This document shows, piece by piece, positions 1-8,889 of a stretch of DNA of 32,000 nt. The notes beneath the pieces were generated by a model. The model searched no databases and was not told where the DNA came from. It saw only the letters and a program-made list of their open reading frames with translations. The first letter of the stretch is position 1. Each line of letters begins with the position of its first letter. This DNA comes from Pseudomonadota bacterium (GTDB lineage: Bacteria > Pseudomonadota > Alphaproteobacteria > RF32 > CAG-239): the NCBI GenBank assembly GCA_918234285.1, contig CAKJXZ020000010.1, positions 41,452 through 73,451 on the forward strand, written 5' to 3'. A program made the translations under genes and the position numbers.

Positions 1-38
1 GTTTATTTATATATATATCTTTTATTTTTTGTAAGTAT

Positions 39-743
39 TTAAGCATCTTTTTTTATTTCATCATTTAACCATAGCGGATTTTTTATATTTTTTTCCAAAA
101 ACGCTCGATGTTCAGCTATTTCCTCGGCCGATAAATCAAAATGTCTTTCAATTATATTTACCTTTGAATTTGTTTTTATTTTATTAATTTTTATATTATT
201 TTCCATGGTAAATAATCCGGAACTTTCATCGCCGTATAATAACTTATAATACACTTCATATAATAACTGTGCATCAAGTAAAGCACCGTGAAAAGTACGC
301 GCCGAATCATCTACACCAAACCTCTTACATAAATCTTCCAATCTATTATGTTGCCCCGGAAATTTTTTACGTGCTATAGCTAAAGTATCTATAATTCTGT
401 CGCTGTCCTCATACGTTTTAAAACCGCATTTTTTCAGTTCCATATTAATAAAATTCATATCAAAAGACGCATTATGAGCTACAAAAATACCGTCATCACC
501 CACAAAATCCACCCATTTTTGCGCAATTTCATAAAATTTAGGCTTATTAATCAATTCTTCATTGGTAATACCGTGAATAGCTATAACTTCTTCCGACATT
601 TCTCTTTCCGGATTTATATATTCGTGAAAAGTTTTTCCCGTCGGAATGTGATCTATAAGTTCAAGTGCACCTATTTCAACTATTCTGTCTCCGTGTTCCG
701 GAAATCTGCCGGTGGTTTCGGTATCAAAGCATATTTCTCTCAT
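39..743 (-). CDS. dnaQ: DNA polymerase III epsilon subunit (3'-5' exonuclease)
   Basis: Translated ORF has DEDDh exonuclease motifs: FDTETTG, IHGI, HNASFDMNF, HGALLDAQLL. Confidence 0.93.
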   Translation of the reverse strand: MREICFDTETTGRFPEHGDRIVEIGALELIDHIPTGKTFHEYINPEREMSEEVIAIHGITNEELINKPKFYEIAQKWVDFVGDDGIFVAHNASFDMNFINMELKKCGFKTYEDSDRIIDTLAIARKKFPGQHNRLEDLCKRFGVDDSARTFHGALLDAQLLYEVYYKLLYGDESSGLFTMENNIKINKIKTNSKVNIIERHFDLSAEEIAEHRAFLEKNIKNPLWLNDEIKKDA

Positions 744-1321
744 TATAATATCTCATCCATAAATTGCATTATCTGTACTTTATTTATATTTTCCGGTTCA
801 CCGGTATTTATTATTATATCAGCCATTTCTCTTTTTTCAGTTTGAGAAATTTGTACTTTTATTATTTTATAAAAATCTTCTTCCGATATATTATCTCTTT
901 TCATAACTCTTTGTTTTTGTGTTTCTTCATCTATATCTGCAATTATTATATAATCACAATAAATATCCCAGTTTTTTTCAAAAAGTAAAGCAGCATCAAA
1001 AAATATAACATCGGTATTACGACTGAATTTATTAATAACGGTTTTTATTTTCTTTTTTAAAAACGGATGCACTATCTGTTCTAATTTTTGCAGTTGATAT
1101 TTATTATTAAATACCAAATTACGTAGACTTCTTTTATTAAAAACACCGTTTTCGAAGGTTGTCGGAAAATTTTGTTTTATTATATTTAAAAATTCGGATT
1201 TTTTATAAAAGTCACGTACCCATTTATCGGGATTATATACAACGAATCCCATCTTTTTTATTATATTAGCTAAATAAGTTTTGCCGCAGCCGATGGAGCC
1301 GGTTATACCTATTATTATCAT
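743..1321 (-). CDS. coaE: Dephospho-CoA kinase
   Basis: N-terminal P-loop IGITGSIGCGKT and typical CoaE features (VYNPDKWVRDFY, FDAALLFE, MKRD); overlaps the dnaQ start. Confidence 0.93.
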   Translation of the reverse strand: MIIIGITGSIGCGKTYLANIIKKMGFVVYNPDKWVRDFYKKSEFLNIIKQNFPTTFENGVFNKRSLRNLVFNNKYQLQKLEQIVHPFLKKKIKTVINKFSRNTDVIFFDAALLFEKNWDIYCDYIIIADIDEETQKQRVMKRDNISEEDFYKIIKVQISQTEKREMADIIINTGEPENINKVQIMQFMDEIL

Positions 1322-1754
1322 TTTTTTCCTTTAATCATAAAGTTATGTATTTTATACACATATACACCATAAAATGTGTATAAAAAAAGCGCTTAAAAAA
1401 TTTCTAGCAAATTGTATACATATTGTAAAAAAATTAAGAACAGTTATTCACATGTTCATAAAAATTTACACATATTGTTAATTATGTTTATATTTTTATT
1501 AACTATTTTTTAACTTATTGAATCATTAAAAATTTATTAATAAAAAAACATATCAGATATAAACATATTAATAACTATATTTTTTAATTAACAAAAATAA
1601 CAAGGTTATATAATCAATCAAAAATAATTTTTAAATATTTATTTGGGAAAAATTTTTGTGCAAAATATATTGACTTTTTGTTTTTTATTAAATATAAAAC
1701 ACTCAATGAATTTTCAATATTCATTTCTTTTTTAACAATCATAAAAAGGTTATC
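1322..1754. other. Putative chromosomal replication origin region (oriC candidate)
   Basis: Very AT-rich 433-bp intergenic region between coaE/dnaQ and rho. Contains TTATACACA (1352-1360), TGTGTATAA (1375-1383, reverse-strand TTATACACA) and TTATTCACA (1444-1452), plus long A/T tracts (about 1465-1610). Confidence 0.45.
1670..1698 (+). promoter_or_regulatory. Candidate sigma70-type promoter for rho
   Basis: TTGACT (1670-1675) - 17 bp - TATAAA (1693-1698). Confidence 0.6.
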
Positions 1755-3008
1755 ATGCATTTAAGAGAATTAAAAGATAAGTCTCCGACTGAGCTTTTGA
1801 CTCAGGCTGAGGATATGGGAATTGAAGATGCATCTTCCATGCGTGTTCAGGATTTGGTTTTTGCTATTATGAAAAAACTGGCCGAAGATGATACTGTTAT
1901 TTGCGGTGACGGTGTTATAGAGGTTATGCAAGACGGTTTTGGTTTTTTACGCTCGGTAAAATCTAATTTTTTAGCCAGTGCCGATGATATATATGTATCA
2001 CCGCAACAGGTTAAAAAATTTGCACTTCGCACCGGTGATTCGGTTGAAGGTGAAATTCGTGCTCCAAAAGAAAATGAGCGTTATTTTGCCTTAACTAAAA
2101 TAAATACCATAAATTTTGATGATCCTGAAAAATCTAAAATGCGGGTTAACTTTGATAACCTTACACCGCTTTATCCGACAGAAAAGCTTAATTTTGATAT
2201 TATATGCGGCGATAAAGATTATACCACCAGAGTTATTGATTTAATATCTCCGCAAGGTAAAGGTCAACGCGGATTAATTGTAGCACCGCCGCGTACCGGT
2301 AAAACTGTAATGCTGCAAAATATTGCACATGCGATTGCGATGAATCATCCGGAAGTATATTTAATGGTACTTTTAATTGATGAGCGTCCGGAAGAAGTTA
2401 CGGATATGACGCGCTCGGTTAAAGGTGAAGTTATTTCTTCTACATTTGATGAACCGGCAACTCGCCATGTTCAGGTCGCGGAAATGTGTATTGAAAAAGC
2501 CAAACGTTTGGTGGAAACTAAAAAAGATGTAGTAATTCTTTTGGATTCCATAACTCGTTTAGGTCGTGCTTATAATGCGGTTGTACCTTCTTCCGGTAAG
2601 GTTTTAACAGGTGGTGTTGATGCTAATGCTTTACAACGTCCGAAACGTTTGTTAGGTGCGGCGCGTAACGTGGAAGAAGGCGGTTCTTTAACTATTATTG
2701 CCACAGCATTGATTGATACCGGCTCGCGTATGGATGAAGTTATTTTTGAAGAGTTTAAAGGTACAGGTAATTCGGAAATTATATTGGATAGAAAATTAAC
2801 CGATAAGCGTTTGTTCCCTACTATTGATATAACTCGTTCCGGCACACGTAAAGAAGAACTTTTGGTGGATAAAGCCACTCTTACCAAAATGTGGGTGTTA
2901 CGTCGCGTACTGATGCAAATGGGTATGACCGACGGTATGGAATTTTTATTAGATAAACTCAGAAATTCTAAAGATAATAATGACTTTTTCCAAAATATGA
3001 ACTCATAA
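1755..3008 (+). CDS. rho: Transcription termination factor Rho
   Basis: Full-length Rho with [13 protein letters not shown] Walker [41 protein letters not shown]. Confidence 0.98.
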   Translation: MHLRELKDKSPTELLTQAEDMGIEDASSMRVQDLVFAIMKKLAEDDTVICGDGVIEVMQDGFGFLRSVKSNFLASADDIYVSPQQVKKFALRTGDSVEGEIRAPKENERYFALTKINTINFDDPEKSKMRVNFDNLTPLYPTEKLNFDIICGDKDYTTRVIDLISPQGKGQRGLIVAPPRTGKTVMLQNIAHAIAMNHPEVYLMVLLIDERPEEVTDMTRSVKGEVISSTFDEPATRHVQVAEMCIEKAKRLVETKKDVVILLDSITRLGRAYNAVVPSSGKVLTGGVDANALQRPKRLLGAARNVEEGGSLTIIATALIDTGSRMDEVIFEEFKGTGNSEIILDRKLTDKRLFPTIDITRSGTRKEELLVDKATLTKMWVLRRVLMQMGMTDGMEFLLDKLRNSKDNNDFFQNMNS

Positions 3009-3010
3009 TT

Positions 3011-3544
3011 TTATAAGTCTTTATTGCGGCGTAAAAGTATATATAAAGCGCCTTGACCGCCGTGTCTTTCCGACGGATTTTTAAAAACCAATATCATTGA
3101 ACGAATCCGAGGCATATTAAGCCATTGCGGAGTTTGTCGCTTTAAAACTCCTTTCGGTGCGTAAATATCATCATTTTGATGTATATTGCCTTTTCCTGTG
3201 ATCACAACTACGCAGCGTTTACCTTGATTATAGCACGAAGTGATGAAATCCTCGACTTTTTCAAAAGCATCATCTTCCTTATAACCGTGCAGATCAAGGA
3301 CGGCTTCTATCGGAAATTCTTCTTTTTTAAATTTATTGAGAGTATTTTTATCTATGCCACCTAACTCCATATCTTCTAAATTTTTAGAATAAGTGGAAAA
3401 CTCTTGTTTGACGGCGTATTGACGATGATTTCTTATTTTTATCTCCGGTTGAGGTTTATTTTCAACCGTATTTATAATAGGAGATGGATTAATATCTTTA
3501 ATTGTTTCAAGCCAAAACAATTCATCTTCTTTATCGGGTAACAT
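3011..3544 (-). CDS. Smr domain-containing protein
   Basis: LDLHGYKEDDA...FITSCYNQGKRCVVVITGKG...VLKRQTPQWL matches the Smr domain pattern (LDLHG, GKG). Confidence 0.85.
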   Translation of the reverse strand: MLPDKEDELFWLETIKDINPSPIINTVENKPQPEIKIRNHRQYAVKQEFSTYSKNLEDMELGGIDKNTLNKFKKEEFPIEAVLDLHGYKEDDAFEKVEDFITSCYNQGKRCVVVITGKGNIHQNDDIYAPKGVLKRQTPQWLNMPRIRSMILVFKNPSERHGGQGALYILLRRNKDL

Positions 3545-3546
3545 TT

Positions 3547-4749
3547 TTAATTAACCTTCACTGAAGATTCTTTAGGTAAAATAATGAAATATTTTCCGAC
3601 AGAATTCATACGACCGGCATATTTAAGCGCCTCCTCGCCGTGTCCCCAAAAATAATCGCCGCGTACCACGCCTTTAATGGCACTACCTATATCTTGCGCA
3701 AATACAATTTTATTTATATTACGTTTATCCGGACTTAAAGTATCAAGCCAAAGCATGGAGCTGAGAGGAATATAGCGTGTATCAACCGCCAAACTGCGAC
3801 CGGCAGTTAAAGAAACACCATAGGCACCGAGCGGTCCGTCGGCGGTATTTATTTTTTGAAAAATAAATCTTTCATTTTCCGCCATTAAATCTTGTGCTTT
3901 ATCCGGATTTTTGCGCAACCATTCGCGAATTTTAGGCATAGAAGAATCTTCTGGTTTTATCAGACCTTTGTTTATCAATATACTACCTATACCCTTAAAT
4001 TTATGTCCGTTGTTGTCGGCATATCCGATTCTGATTTCGCTGCCGTCATCCATTTTAGCCACAGCCGAACCCTGAATCTGCATAAAATGAATGTCAACCA
4101 AATCATCACCCCAAACAATTACCGGTGCAGAAATACCGTTGTTTTCAATGTCGCGACGATTATAATAAGGCACAAATTTGTTATTAACCACACGTCCGAC
4201 TAAACGAGTATTAGGTAAATCTTTATCAAAATCATGTAAATTAAGCTCAATTAAATCGTTCGGTTTTCCATAAACCGGATATTTGTATCTGTTGCTTTTG
4301 GTATAAGATGCATTTATAACCGCTTCGTAATAAGAGGTAAATTTTCCTTCAGCTTTACCATTGTCGGTAACGGCATAAGGTATGAATTCAGACTCGATAA
4401 AACTTTTCATCTCAGCCGAGGTTTTAATGTTTTTATTATTGAATTTATTACACTTGTTTTGTAAATCTGCCGCAGGTATTTTTAAGTTTTCGCTGCTGAT
4501 GTAGGTATTTTTACTTTTAAGTATTTGAGTACAGTTCTTTTTAAAAACCGGAATAACTTCGCTGAAATTTTCGCTGTTCCAGCCGGATAAATCGGAAAAA
4601 GCTACTTTTTTTATCTGCATATCACCGGATATATCCGTGATAGCGGATTTTTTAGAACAACCGTTAATATTACATATAATAAGTGCGACAGCAGCAAGAT
4701 TAAGCGCTTTTTTTGGTTGAAACCAATGTCCAATTTTTATTTTTTGCAT
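3547..4749 (-). CDS. mltA: Membrane-bound lytic murein transglycosylase A (lipoprotein)
   Basis: MltA/3D domain pattern (FTSYYEAVINAS, IQGSAVAKMDDG, GYADNNGHKFKGIGSILI, GPLGAYGVSLTAGRSLAVD, AQDIGSAIKG, GDYFWGHGEEA). The N-terminus from the internal ATG at 4749 gives a lipobox-like ICNINGC. The track start at 4830 is probably too far upstream. Confidence 0.88.
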   Translation of the reverse strand: MQKIKIGHWFQPKKALNLAAVALIICNINGCSKKSAITDISGDMQIKKVAFSDLSGWNSENFSEVIPVFKKNCTQILKSKNTYISSENLKIPAADLQNKCNKFNNKNIKTSAEMKSFIESEFIPYAVTDNGKAEGKFTSYYEAVINASYTKSNRYKYPVYGKPNDLIELNLHDFDKDLPNTRLVGRVVNNKFVPYYNRRDIENNGISAPVIVWGDDLVDIHFMQIQGSAVAKMDDGSEIRIGYADNNGHKFKGIGSILINKGLIKPEDSSMPKIREWLRKNPDKAQDLMAENERFIFQKINTADGPLGAYGVSLTAGRSLAVDTRYIPLSSMLWLDTLSPDKRNINKIVFAQDIGSAIKGVVRGDYFWGHGEEALKYAGRMNSVGKYFIILPKESSVKVN

Positions 4750-5353
4750 TGAAAAGTCTTTCAAAAGTCCATACATCGGTGATATTTTGCACAAAGTTTT
4801 CATCACCTTCAATGATTTTTCCGGTAGCATCTTTTAAGATATTTATTTGTTCGCTTTCAAACTCCACAATAACTTTAACACTGTTTTTCAAGAGTTTTAT
4901 ATCTTTTATTTCACTTTTTTTAAAGCAGATAAAATCAACTTCAGAAGTTATATTGTTTTCTTTTCTGAACAGCAGAACTTTATTAAAAGCGTCCCAAATT
5001 TTTTTACTGACCAATCCTTTTATATTTTCGATATTACCGGTGCTGAAAGATTGTAATACCATTTCAAAAACCCGGCAAGCTCCCTGTAAAAATTTATCTT
5101 TATTAAAATCGCCGATTTTATCGGTATTATAGCTTTTATCGTTTGCACTATCAATAGTTATGATTGTATCTTTTTTATTTTCTTTGATTATTTGTTTTAT
5201 ATTTTCCATAACATCTTTATCCGTATTATCAATAGGTTTTATAATAACGCGGATATTTTTTTCGTTACCGTGCGAACCGAATGCCGCGTATAAACGAGAA
5301 ATAATAAAAACAACGAGAATCATTAAAAAGATTATATCAATAAAAGACACCAT
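4700..5353 (-). CDS. Tim44-like domain protein
   Basis: N-terminal TM segment (FIDIIFLMILVVFIISRLYAAFGSH), C-terminal Tim44-like domain (FLQGACRVFEMVLQSFSTGNIENIKGLVS...DVWTFER). Sits between mltA and secB as commonly seen in alphaproteobacteria. Confidence 0.82.
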   Translation of the reverse strand: MVSFIDIIFLMILVVFIISRLYAAFGSHGNEKNIRVIIKPIDNTDKDVMENIKQIIKENKKDTIITIDSANDKSYNTDKIGDFNKDKFLQGACRVFEMVLQSFSTGNIENIKGLVSKKIWDAFNKVLLFRKENNITSEVDFICFKKSEIKDIKLLKNSVKVIVEFESEQINILKDATGKIIEGDENFVQNITDVWTFERLFNAKNKNWTLVSTKKSA

Positions 5354-5483
5354 TTTATTTATCCTAAATTTAGTTCTGCTACAAATATAATAACAAAAAA
5401 TTTTTTAATCAACATAAAATATTTGACGTATTTAAATTTTAGTATTATTTGTATAGAAAATTTTGCAAGAAAAGGAGAAAAAA

Positions 5484-5972
5484 ATGGCAAAAGAAGAAAA
5501 AAAGGAAAATACCGTTAACGTTGAACAACCTGAAGGTATTATGATTCACAGTCAATATGTTAAAGATATGTCTTTAGAAATTCCGTTTGCACCGGAAATT
5601 TTCAAAGAGATGAATCAAAATCCGAATGTGCATATTGATATCAGCTTAGCTAACAGATCCATCGAAAAAGATATTTTCGAAGTTGCTTTGACCGCAAAAA
5701 TCAATGCTGATTTGGGCGAAAAGAAACTCTTTATTTTGGAATTGACTTATGCTTGCTTGGCAACAGTAAGAGTTCCGGCCGAACATTTGGAACCGATATT
5801 GTTTGTAGAATTACCGCGCATGTTGTTCCCGTTCGTTCGCTCGATTATTGCCAACAATATGTCGGAAGCCGGATTGCCGGCAATGCTTATCAGCCCGATA
5901 GACTTTATTGCTCTTTATAATGCAAAAAAAGCTAAAGAAGCTGAAAAAGCCGAAAAAGACGAGAAAAAATAA
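5484..5972 (+). CDS. secB: Protein-export chaperone SecB
   Basis: SQYVKDMSLEIPFAPEIF, IDISLANRS, LELTYACLATV, LFPFVRSIIANNMSEAGLPAMLISPIDFIALY. AGGAG Shine-Dalgarno before the ATG at 5484. Confidence 0.95.
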   Translation: MAKEEKKENTVNVEQPEGIMIHSQYVKDMSLEIPFAPEIFKEMNQNPNVHIDISLANRSIEKDIFEVALTAKINADLGEKKLFILELTYACLATVRVPAEHLEPILFVELPRMLFPFVRSIIANNMSEAGLPAMLISPIDFIALYNAKKAKEAEKAEKDEKK

Positions 5973-5987
5973 GAAGAATTTCCGACG

Positions 5988-6458
5988 ATGCGTTTAGCAT
6001 TATATCAACCGGATATTCCGCAAAATACAGGCACGCTCCTTCGTTTGGGAGCGTGTTTGGATTTGGCGGTGGATATTATAGAACCATGCGGATTTTTATT
6101 TAATGAAAAAGCCATGCGCCGCGCCGGAATGGACTATTTGGAATTTGTAAAATATCGTCGCCACGATTCTTGGGAGGATTTTTTGGCTTATCGCCGGGGG
6201 AATCCGCAAGAATACGGGCGAATTATATTATTAACCACCAAAGGAAATATTTCTTTTTTGGATTTTGAATTTAAGCCTAATGATATTATTTTAATGGGGC
6301 GCGAGAGTGCCGGTGTGCCGGAAAATGTGCATAATTTGGCCGATGCTCAACTGCTTATTCCGATGAATCCGCAGGCACGCTCGATTAATATGGCGGTTTC
6401 CGCAGCCATGGCCGTAACCGAGGGTTTGCGGCAAATCGGCGGTTTTCCCAAAATATAA
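5988..6458 (+). CDS. trmL: tRNA (cytidine(34)-2'-O)-methyltransferase (SPOUT family)
   Basis: LYQPDIPQNTGTLLRLGACLDLAVDIIEPCGF, MGRESAGVPENVH, IPMNPQARSINMAVSAAMAVTEGLRQ. Confidence 0.93.
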   Translation: MRLALYQPDIPQNTGTLLRLGACLDLAVDIIEPCGFLFNEKAMRRAGMDYLEFVKYRRHDSWEDFLAYRRGNPQEYGRIILLTTKGNISFLDFEFKPNDIILMGRESAGVPENVHNLADAQLLIPMNPQARSINMAVSAAMAVTEGLRQIGGFPKI

Positions 6459-6485
6459 CAAATCGGTGGTTTTCCCAAAATATAA
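6432..6485 (+). repeat. Tandem 27-bp duplication spanning the trmL stop codon
   Basis: CAAATCGGCGGTTTTCCCAAAATATAA (6432-6458) followed directly by CAAATCGGTGGTTTTCCCAAAATATAA (6459-6485), one mismatch. Confidence 0.95.
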
Positions 6486-6542
6486 AAAATAATTGAACAG
6501 TTTTGCTTTTTGTGGTATATTCCCCACAAAGGGATAAAGAAG

Positions 6543-7589
6543 ATGATTGATTATATTTATTCGCCGCGTTTGGTAATTGCTGCAAAACGCGATTATGCGG
6601 TTGAAGGAAATCTGTTAAATGCCGCATTTATGAGTGCCGTTATGCATGACGGCGATGCCGTGCGCAAGTTGGTACATAATGCCAGAATGGAAGGGCCGGA
6701 TATTATGCGTTCGCTTTATCGTTATTATGCCGAGCATCGTGATAAAGAAATTTTGTGGAACGAAATTAATAAAATAAATGAAAAATCGGTAAATTACGGT
6801 GAATGCGGTATTTATGCCGATACGGATAAAAACGGCAATAAAATAATTTATGATTACGGTTGCAGTTTGCGCGGCGGGGAATCGTTTTGGGCTGATTTAT
6901 CTTATTATGATAAAAGACATAATGTGTATAGCGGCAACAACGAGCAAAAAAACGTCAGTGTGGCCGAAGTTTTAAAAGATACAATCAACTTTAAGACTTA
7001 TGTGCAAAACAGGCAGCCAAAAACTCCGAACGAAAAACTTAATTTGCTGTTGCAAAATCTGTTTTATGCCAAATATTACGGCGAAAAGGAGTTCAACGAA
7101 GCGACTTATCATAAGGCGTTGCAACTGCTGAACAATGATTTGGAAAATGCTTTTGCTGCAAAACAAAAACTAAAATCCAAAGATTATATGCCGGCGATAA
7201 TTTTTTTAGATGAAAAATCGACGCAGGTTTTTGATAAAGTTGATTATTCAAGGCAACGTGTTTTTTATAAAACCCAAATCGGACAGGAAATTTTGCGTTT
7301 CGGTTATTTGACCGCGCTCGGTATTTATGAATTTGAGAAAGAGCCGATGCACGAGTTTTTGGATGAGGTAAAGTCGCAAGATTTATGGCAGGTGGCACAA
7401 AGTGTCATTACCCGAAAATTTGCGCATTGGGGATATCGCAAAAGCGTGGCGGCGAATCGGTTGTTGGAGTTGAATATAATAAAACCGCAACCACGGGAAA
7501 GGCTTTATAAACCTTATTATCAAGCCGATACGGAGCGGGCGGAATATATTAATTTATATCTTTACACTAAAACAGCTGAAAAAGAATAA
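6543..7589 (+). CDS. Hypothetical protein (348 aa)
   Basis: Long ORF with regular codon use. The ATG at 6543 has a better Shine-Dalgarno context (AAAGGGATAAAG) than the track start at 6510. No family recognised. Confidence 0.75.
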   Translation: MIDYIYSPRLVIAAKRDYAVEGNLLNAAFMSAVMHDGDAVRKLVHNARMEGPDIMRSLYRYYAEHRDKEILWNEINKINEKSVNYGECGIYADTDKNGNKIIYDYGCSLRGGESFWADLSYYDKRHNVYSGNNEQKNVSVAEVLKDTINFKTYVQNRQPKTPNEKLNLLLQNLFYAKYYGEKEFNEATYHKALQLLNNDLENAFAAKQKLKSKDYMPAIIFLDEKSTQVFDKVDYSRQRVFYKTQIGQEILRFGYLTALGIYEFEKEPMHEFLDEVKSQDLWQVAQSVITRKFAHWGYRKSVAANRLLELNIIKPQPRERLYKPYYQADTERAEYINLYLYTKTAEKE

Positions 7590-7932
7590 TCGCGGCAACA
7601 ACAAAGAAGTGTACGAAAGCCATTAAAACCAGCAGACTGCCTATATCTTTGGCTTTTTTGGAAAGCGGGTGAAATTCTTCGCCGATGCGGTCGATGACGG
7701 TTTCAATCGCCGTGTTGATTAATTCCATAAATAAAATCAAAAAAAGTGAGAAAAACAGAAAAGCCAAAGCCACGCCGGAAAGTGGTAAAAAACAAAGAAC
7801 GAATCCGCACAACGTGCAAAAAAGCAAATCCTGACGAAAAGCGGCTTCACTTAAAAAAACCGCGACAAAGCCGTCAAAAGAATATTGAAAAGCCTTTAAG
7901 ATACGCTTGATTCCGGTGTATTCAGATTTCAT
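7567..7932 (-). CDS. dgkA: Diacylglycerol kinase (prokaryotic DagK)
   Basis: Three TM helices with FLILFMELINTAIETVIDRIGEEFHPLSKKAKDIGS, the DagK signature. Its 3' end overlaps the convergent upstream ORF. Confidence 0.92.
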   Translation of the reverse strand: MKSEYTGIKRILKAFQYSFDGFVAVFLSEAAFRQDLLFCTLCGFVLCFLPLSGVALAFLFFSLFLILFMELINTAIETVIDRIGEEFHPLSKKAKDIGSLLVLMAFVHFFVVAAIILFQLF

Positions 7933-8012
7933 TTTCTTCTCCGTTTTTTATGAGTATATAAAGCTGTTTGCCGCAGTCAAGAAAAATTTGCGGTTTAGAA
8001 AATATATCTTGC

Positions 8013-8041
8013 TTGACAAATGAAATAATACGTTATATCAA
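8013..8041 (+). promoter_or_regulatory. Candidate promoter upstream of the 126-aa ORF
   Basis: TTGACA (8013-8018) - 17 bp - TATCAA (8036-8041). Confidence 0.5.
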
Positions 8042-8093
8042 TGCGCCGTTATTTTTATTTTTTATAAATTTTGAAGATTATAATTTTAAATAT

Positions 8094-8474
8094 ATGGAAA
8101 AACAAAAATTGAATGTCGGCGACATCGTGTTGCGTAACAACGAGTTTTCATCGCCGAAAATGCCGATTAAAGCCAAGGGAATTGTGCTGAATCAAAAGTT
8201 TTACGTTGATTTGGATTCGCTGATTAAAACTCCGATATCCAAGGAGGAAGCGTTGGTTTACGGTCGCAAAATGAATATTCTGTTGCCTACCGAAAGGCAA
8301 ATGAATGTGATAAAGCGCAATATTAACGTGATAAATGAAAGCTTGCTCGGAATCGGCCGCGGCGATTGTCTGTTGTTTTATGACCATATTCAGGACGAAT
8401 TTTGGACCAGGCGCAGTGAAGAAACCGGCAGTGAGAGGCGACGCGTTTTGTTTATTGCCCCGATAAGAAAATAA
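8094..8474 (+). CDS. Hypothetical protein (126 aa)
   Basis: ORF MEKQKLNVGDIVLRNNEF...; the start at 8094 is preferred because the longer track ORF (7968) would span the promoter. Followed by a strong terminator. Confidence 0.65.
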   Translation: MEKQKLNVGDIVLRNNEFSSPKMPIKAKGIVLNQKFYVDLDSLIKTPISKEEALVYGRKMNILLPTERQMNVIKRNINVINESLLGIGRGDCLLFYDHIQDEFWTRRSEETGSERRRVLFIAPIRK

Positions 8475-8510
8475 AAAAAATCGTATCCGGTTTAAGGATA
8501 CGATTTTTTT
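8475..8510. terminator. Rho-independent terminator (likely bidirectional)
   Basis: AAAAAATCGTATCC - GGTTTAA - GGATACGATTTTTT inverted repeat with T tract on both strands. Confidence 0.88.
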
Positions 8511-8535
8511 TGTTCGCAGTATATGTAGCAGCTTT

Positions 8536-8673
8536 TTACCAGCGCTGCATATAATTAGCATCTTTCCACCACTCGGGGTCGAAGATTTTGCATCCGAACA
8601 ACTTCTTCCCTGCCATCTGACCAAGAATGCCGGCAATCACGCCAAGCAACATAAAAATAATACCTTTTTTCAT
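8536..8673 (-). CDS. Small single-TM protein (45 aa), absent from the supplied ORF track
   Basis: MKKGIIFMLLGVIAGILGQMAGKKLFGCKIFDPEWWKDANYMQRW*; promoter-like element upstream, terminator downstream; no obvious Shine-Dalgarno. Confidence 0.5.
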   Translation of the reverse strand: MKKGIIFMLLGVIAGILGQMAGKKLFGCKIFDPEWWKDANYMQRW

Positions 8674-8758
8674 ATATATATGGATAATTTGAAATTTTGT
8701 ATCGTTTCAACAGTACCCAAGGGTACAATAATTTATAAAATATAATAAACTGAGAGAG

Positions 8759-8787
8759 ATAATAGGGCAAAAAGCAAAAATAGTCAA
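8759..8787 (-). promoter_or_regulatory. Candidate promoter for the 45-aa ORF
   Basis: Minus strand TTGACT (8782-8787) - 17 bp - TATTAT (8759-8764). Confidence 0.55.
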
Positions 8788-8804
8788 TAGCAAAAATAAA
8801 AAAA

Positions 8805-8833
8805 TTGACAAATGAAAAAATATCGTCTATTTT
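8805..8833 (+). promoter_or_regulatory. Candidate promoter upstream of the 117-aa ORF
   Basis: TTGACA (8805-8810) - 17 bp - TATTTA (8828-8833). Confidence 0.45.
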
Positions 8834-8889
8834 ATAATAAATTTGTATTATTTTTTAGAACCCCTGAAAAGGCAGGGTACACAGTTATT

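Noticed and set aside
1499-1514. TTAA-N7-TTAAC as a firm CtrA site
   Set aside because: Matches the consensus but chance occurrence is high in such AT-rich DNA; kept only as a note within the oriC finding.
7968-8093. N-terminal 42-residue extension of the 126-aa ORF
   Set aside because: It would be encoded across the TTGACA-N17-TATCAA promoter; the downstream ATG at 8094 fits better.
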